DNA from: an uncultured virus (IMG/VR IMGVR_UViG_3300021599_002910)
Lineage: Duplodnaviria > Heunggongvirae > Uroviricota > Caudoviricetes
Length of the DNA stretch: 20,000 bases
Strand: one strand, 5' to 3'
Virus record (IMG/VR): IMGVR_UViG_3300021599_002910
Location: 117,035-137,034 of that record
In this document: positions 16,395 through 20,000 of the stretch, piece after piece
How the letters are laid out: every line of letters begins with the position of its first letter
How positions within the stretch are numbered: the stretch's first letter is position 1
The notes under the pieces: generated by a model
Databases searched by the model: none
Told to the model about the DNA's origin: nothing
The model's input: only the letters and a program-made list of their open reading frames with translations
Made by a program: the position numbers and the translations under genes

Positions 16395-16411
16395 TTTGGA
16401 ATTATTCCAAA
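16395..16411. promoter_or_regulatory. 17-bp palindrome upstream of rpsU
   Basis: TTTGGAAT-T-ATTCCAAA, 12 nt upstream of the rpsU ATG in the divergent intergenic region. Confidence 0.5.
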
Positions 16412-16484
16412 AATTCATTTTTTTGACATTACTGATTATATATAGTATTTTTTTACAAAATAAACTAATATAATATGAAACTTA

Positions 16485-16934
16485 ATGAAGAAAGGAAAAA
16501 GTGTCAAGTTGAAGCTATTTCAACCCATCAAAACAATGTATGGAACAGTAGACTCTAAAAACTTAAAATCTTTATACATAAACATACAGTCTTGGGTAAC
16601 TCCAAAAAATGAAAATGATAATTGGAATAGAGTTGTATGTAACCTCAGTCGAGAGATAAAACACTCAGTATTTAATTCAATAGATACTGAAATATTCAGA
16701 GAACAAAGTATTGTTGATTTAGACTTAAGAACAAGTGGAATATCATCAGGAAAAAAATCATTCTTCAATTTAGAAGTAAATCTTTTCACAAAGAACACAT
16801 TAGATTTTAAGTCTAAAGAATTAAAAGATTCTATCAAATCAATTGTAAAATCAATTTATAAAAATAACATTTCAAATAATAATCATTTCATTTTTATGAT
16901 TACTAAGAAGGCTGAACAAACAAACTTGGATTAA
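16485..16934 (+). CDS. Hypothetical protein
   Basis: 149-aa ORF (YGTVDSKNLKSLYINIQSWV, IVDLDLRTSGI) divergent from rpsU. TTGACA-N17-TATTTT lies upstream at 16423-16451. Confidence 0.8.
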   Translation: MKKGKSVKLKLFQPIKTMYGTVDSKNLKSLYINIQSWVTPKNENDNWNRVVCNLSREIKHSVFNSIDTEIFREQSIVDLDLRTSGISSGKKSFFNLEVNLFTKNTLDFKSKELKDSIKSIVKSIYKNNISNNNHFIFMITKKAEQTNLD

Positions 16935-16939
16935 CAATA

Positions 16940-16946
16940 TATTTAT
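16940..16946 (+). promoter_or_regulatory. Putative late-promoter motif TATTTAT
   Basis: 13 nt before the prohead protease ATG. Confidence 0.55.
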
Positions 16947-16959
16947 CCTAAAAGACTTA

Positions 16960-17676
16960 ATGAAAAATTTACGTATATTAGAAGCAAGTGAACTCGGTCA
17001 TGGTATTCTCATCGAAATGGATGCGGGATATGTTTCACCAAAAGATGAAAATAATTTTAAGATACTACAAGAATCTGCAAAATTAGATTATAAGAACCCA
17101 TTTGAGTTTTATGCTGTTTTACAAAAGTATGACACACCAAATAGGAACGGTAGATTTTATCCTGAAAGAATTCTGAAAAGAGAAGCTGACAATTATAAAA
17201 AAATAATTTCTAAGGGTTTGTCTACTTCTGAGTTGAACCATCCCGAATCCTCTCTAATTGATTTGGATAGAGTATCACATTTAATTACAGACATTTGGTG
17301 GGATAAAAATATTTTGATGGGTAAGTTAAAATTACTTACCACACCAGGTTTTCATGAGAGAGGTATAGTATCATCCAAAGGTGACGTAGCTGCAAATCTC
17401 ATGAGACAAGGAGTTACTTTGGGTATATCATCTCGTGGAGTTGGTTCATTAAAAAAAGTAGGGGAAAGAAATGAAGTTCAAGACGATTTTGAATTAATTT
17501 GTTTTGATTTAGTTTCATCACCATCGACACCAGGTGCTTACTTGTTCACGAATCCTGAGGACAGAATTAAATATGAAGAAAATTTGGAGGAGGAAAAAAA
17601 GTCAAGAGAAGTTACTGATACCAAGGACAAGTCTATTGACTTAATGAAAAAACTTACTCATTATTTAGGAAAATAA
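16960..17676 (+). CDS. Prohead core protease (T4 gp21-like)
   Basis: NRNGRFYP, ELNHP (catalytic His), LDRVSH, GISSRGVGSL (catalytic Ser) and DLVSSPSTPGAY. Confidence 0.95.
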   Translation: MKNLRILEASELGHGILIEMDAGYVSPKDENNFKILQESAKLDYKNPFEFYAVLQKYDTPNRNGRFYPERILKREADNYKKIISKGLSTSELNHPESSLIDLDRVSHLITDIWWDKNILMGKLKLLTTPGFHERGIVSSKGDVAANLMRQGVTLGISSRGVGSLKKVGERNEVQDDFELICFDLVSSPSTPGAYLFTNPEDRIKYEENLEEEKKSREVTDTKDKSIDLMKKLTHYLGK

Positions 17677-17680
17677 ATTT

Positions 17681-17893
17681 ATGGACGAAAAGTATTTTGT
17701 AGCAAAAATTCAATATGAATTACCTGACGATAGCACAGGAAAAATCAAAAAAATTAGAGAGGAAAAATTAGTAAAAGGTTTTTCTGTAACCGATGTGGAA
17801 GCTAAAGTTACCAAAAGATATGAATCATTTTCATATGATTGGAGGATAACCTCAGTTTCCGAAAGTAAAATCGATGAAGTAATCGAAAAATAA
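17681..17893 (+). CDS. Small protein resembling Bacteroidota DUF4494
   Basis: YFVAKIQYE...GKIKKIREEKLVKGFSVTDVEAKV...ITSVSESKIDEV resembles the DUF4494 N-terminal pattern as recalled; not searched. Confidence 0.55.
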   Translation: MDEKYFVAKIQYELPDDSTGKIKKIREEKLVKGFSVTDVEAKVTKRYESFSYDWRITSVSESKIDEVIEK

Positions 17894-17896
17894 TTC

Positions 17897-17926
17897 AAAG
17901 TGGTCAAATTTGACCACTTTTTTTTT
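17897..17926 (+). terminator. Intrinsic terminator
   Basis: Perfect 24-bp palindrome AAAGTGGTCAAA/TTTGACCACTTT followed by six more Ts. Confidence 0.88.
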
Positions 17927-17934
17927 GTAATAAC

Positions 17935-17950
17935 ATATTTATAAAGAAAA
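17935..17950 (+). promoter_or_regulatory. Putative late promoter ATATTTATAAAGAAAA
   Basis: TATTTAT at 17936-17942, 13 nt before ATG 17956. Identical 16-mer at 6894-6909. Confidence 0.6.
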
Positions 17951-17955
17951 TAAGT

Positions 17956-18279
17956 ATGCTATTCAATTTATCCTATAAAGACTCTCAGAATACTCTACAC
18001 CTCGTGAATTTAAGTGGTAGTAGTATGTCCGCAGCAATTTTGTATTGTGACTCAAACAATTTTATACCTCAGGCAATTTCAAATTTCGATACGGAGGTTA
18101 TTCTCAATGAACCATCGTCACAGGTTTGTTACAGTGTGATTTTATTGAACCAAAGTAATCTACAACAATCATATTTGATTTATGACACATTATCTAATGT
18201 GAATAGTTGGATTGCTAATCAGACTGACAAAACATTGAATTCTTTATCAAAACAAAATAGGGCTTTTATACAAGCCTAA
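17956..18279 (+). CDS. Hypothetical Asn/Ser/Gln-rich protein
   Basis: 107-aa ORF with its own promoter motif and low charge compared with its neighbours. Confidence 0.7.
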   Translation: MLFNLSYKDSQNTLHLVNLSGSSMSAAILYCDSNNFIPQAISNFDTEVILNEPSSQVCYSVILLNQSNLQQSYLIYDTLSNVNSWIANQTDKTLNSLSKQNRAFIQA

Positions 18280-18302
18280 ATAAACTTTTTATCTTTTGAC
18301 AC

Positions 18303-18309
18303 TATTTAT
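18303..18309 (+). promoter_or_regulatory. Putative late-promoter motif TATTTAT
   Basis: ACTATTTATA, 24 nt before the scaffold ATG. Confidence 0.55.
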
Positions 18310-18333
18310 AAGGTAAAATAAATATATTTTTTC

Positions 18334-19911
18334 ATGCAAGAAAATAAAAATTTAGTACAAGAGGCTCTTCTTCAAATGAAGAATGTTGAAGAAGCTATTG
18401 CCCAAAATGCAAAAGGAATACTTGCTTCTACTATGAAGGAAGAAATCAATCAATTAGTAAAAGAATCTCTTTCAGAGCAAGACGATGAAGAAGAGGTTGA
18501 TGCAGAGGTAGACATGGAAGTCGGAGACGTTGAGTCAGACGACGAGATGGATACTGATAATGATGATGAAATGGACATGGATGTAGAATTAGACATGGAC
18601 ATGGATTCTGATGAAACTCCAATAGATTTAACTGACGCTTCTGACGAGGAAATTCTAAGAGTCTTCAAAGCTATGGGCGAAGAAGACGGAATTATTGTTA
18701 AAAAAGATGGTGAAGACATTCACCTTAAAGATAACGATGCTGACACAGAATATCTTGTAAAGCTTGGTGAGTCTGAAGAAGACCAAAACTTAGAAGAAAT
18801 GGAAATGGACGAAATGGAAGACGTTGATACTCAAAAAGTTATTGACGCAATCTTCTCAAATGACGGCAACGACTTTGAAGTTGACCAAGATGAAGAAGAA
18901 GTTATGTATGAAATCGAATTCGATGAAGAAGAGGAAGAAATGGACGAACAACCCATGGACACTGAACTTGACATCGAGTCATCTTTAGAAGAAGATGAAG
19001 ACATGATGGACGAATCTGAAGAAATGGATGAGGATGAAGACATGATGGACGAATCTGAAGAAATGGACGAAGAAGATGAAGACATGATGGACGAATCTGA
19101 TGACATGGATGATTCTGAAGAAATCGAAGAAGATGATGATATGTTGGACGAAGCATACAACCACAAAAAAGCTCATAAGGGCTTGAAAAAGTCTGAGACT
19201 AAAGAGGGTAAAAAAATGTCAGTAAAACCTAAAGGGGTTGGAATTGGTAGCGGTCCTAAATTCAAATACAAGGACAAAGCAGCTGGTGGATTCAAAGAGG
19301 ACAAAAAAGAAGGTCCTAAAACAATGGGCACTGGTAAAGCTAAATTCGACTACAAGAAAGGCGAAAATATGGAAGGAAAATCCAAAGTTATTAAAAAGGC
19401 AGAAACTAAAGAAGCTGCAAGAACTTACGGAATGGGTTCAAAAGAAGGTAGAGGTCTAAGAAAAATTACACCAAACAGAAACTTTGTTTATGGTAAAAAT
19501 GGTGTGAAAGTAGAATCTACAGAAGCTGAAGTAACAATGTTGAGAGAGAAAAATGAAGAGTATAGAAAAGCGCTTAATGTATTCAGAGAAAAACTGAACG
19601 AAGTTGCAATCTTCAATTCAAACTTAGCATATGCTACAAGATTGTTTACAGAACATTCAACAACTAAAAAAGAGAAAATTAATATTCTAAGAAGATTTGA
19701 CGACGTTGAATCATTGAAAGAATCGAAATCTCTTTATAAGTCAATCAAAGATGAGTTGGGTAAGACTGAATCAAAGTCTATCAACGAATCAGTTGAAAAG
19801 AAAATTAACAATACTGTTTCATCAGGTTCAGCGACAAATTTGATTGAATCTAAAACATACGAAAATCCTCAATTCTTAAGAATGAAAGACTTAATGTCTA
19901 AGTTGGGGTAA
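18334..19911 (+). CDS. Prohead core scaffolding protein (T4 gp22-like position)
   Basis: Highly acidic protein with a coiled-coil C-terminus (LNEVAIFNSNLAY...RFDDVESLKE, RMKDLM). It lies downstream of the protease and directly before the major capsid gene. Confidence 0.8.
   Translation: MQENKNLVQEALLQMKNVEEAIAQNAKGILASTMKEEINQLVKESLSEQDDEEEVDAEVDMEVGDVESDDEMDTDNDDEMDMDVELDMDMDSDETPIDLTDASDEEILRVFKAMGEEDGIIVKKDGEDIHLKDNDADTEYLVKLGESEEDQNLEEMEMDEMEDVDTQKVIDAIFSNDGNDFEVDQDEEEVMYEIEFDEEEEEMDEQPMDTELDIESSLEEDEDMMDESEEMDEDEDMMDESEEMDEEDEDMMDESDDMDDSEEIEEDDDMLDEAYNHKKAHKGLKKSETKEGKKMSVKPKGVGIGSGPKFKYKDKAAGGFKEDKKEGPKTMGTGKAKFDYKKGENMEGKSKVIKKAETKEAARTYGMGSKEGRGLRKITPNRNFVYGKNGVKVESTEAEVTMLREKNEEYRKALNVFREKLNEVAIFNSNLAYATRLFTEHSTTKKEKINILRRFDDVESLKESKSLYKSIKDELGKTESKSINESVEKKINNTVSSGSATNLIESKTYENPQFLRMKDLMSKLG
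18991..19110 (+). repeat. Tandem 39/42-nt coding repeat (EDEDMMDESEEMD x3)
   Basis: GA(A/G)GATGAAGACATGATGGACGAATCTGA starts at 18991, 19030 and 19072, with a degenerate continuation to about 19152. Confidence 0.9.
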
Positions 19912-19946
19912 AAAATAAAATAAATAAAAACTAAAAAATACTCAAA

Positions 19947-20000
19947 ATGGGAGCATTATTAGAATCAGGTCTTGTTGGTAACATCGGTCTTAAGCACCTT
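19947..20000 (+). CDS. Major capsid protein, N-terminal fragment (runs off the window)
   Basis: ATG 19947 reads MGALLESGLVGNIGLKHL, open to the window end, directly after the scaffold gene as in the gp21-22-23 order. Only 18 codons are visible. Confidence 0.7.
   Translation, partial: MGALLESGLVGNIGLKHL

Noticed and set aside
18991..19152. Direct repeats that could be mistaken for a CRISPR array
   Set aside because: The units are in-frame multiples of three inside the scaffold ORF and have no unique spacers.
8258..19459. Many antisense Ser/Phe/Ile-rich ORFs over the acidic structural genes (e.g. 8286..8654, 9996..10535, 14929..15411, 18831..19166)
   Set aside because: They are reverse complements of GAA/GAT-rich coding sequence. 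Only 16197..16382 (bS21) occupies its own intergenic space and has family motifs.
1..20000. tRNA, rRNA or other structured RNA genes
   Set aside because: Intergenic gaps are short and AT-rich, and no cloverleaf or T-loop context was found by eye. A tRNAscan or Infernal run would be needed to exclude them.

Overview
This window is a 20-kb AT-rich segment of a large T4-like (Caudoviricetes) phage genome. The host is most likely a Bacteroidota/Flavobacteria species, based on a Bacteroidota-type bS21, a TTTG-N20-TAnnTTTG promoter, Bacteroidota-like ClpC and DUF4494-like genes, and the absence of Shine-Dalgarno motifs. The left part (1-6.9 kb) is an accessory cluster: M28-type peptidase, HExxH protein, ClpC lacking its N-terminal domain, Hsp20, a kinase-like protein, a KTSC protein and a nucleotidyltransferase. 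The right part (6.9-20 kb) is the head/packaging module: a Thr/Pro-rich protein, several probable head proteins, large terminase, portal, an antisense bS21 gene, prohead protease, scaffold and the start of the major capsid gene. The main non-coding signals are a recurrent sense-strand TATTTA(T) motif just upstream of 10 genes (putative late promoter), three helically phased TGACA-N3-TGTCA boxes plus a sigma54-like site between clpC and hsp20, a palindrome upstream of rpsU, and three intrinsic terminators. All calls come from reading motifs by eye; no database search was run.
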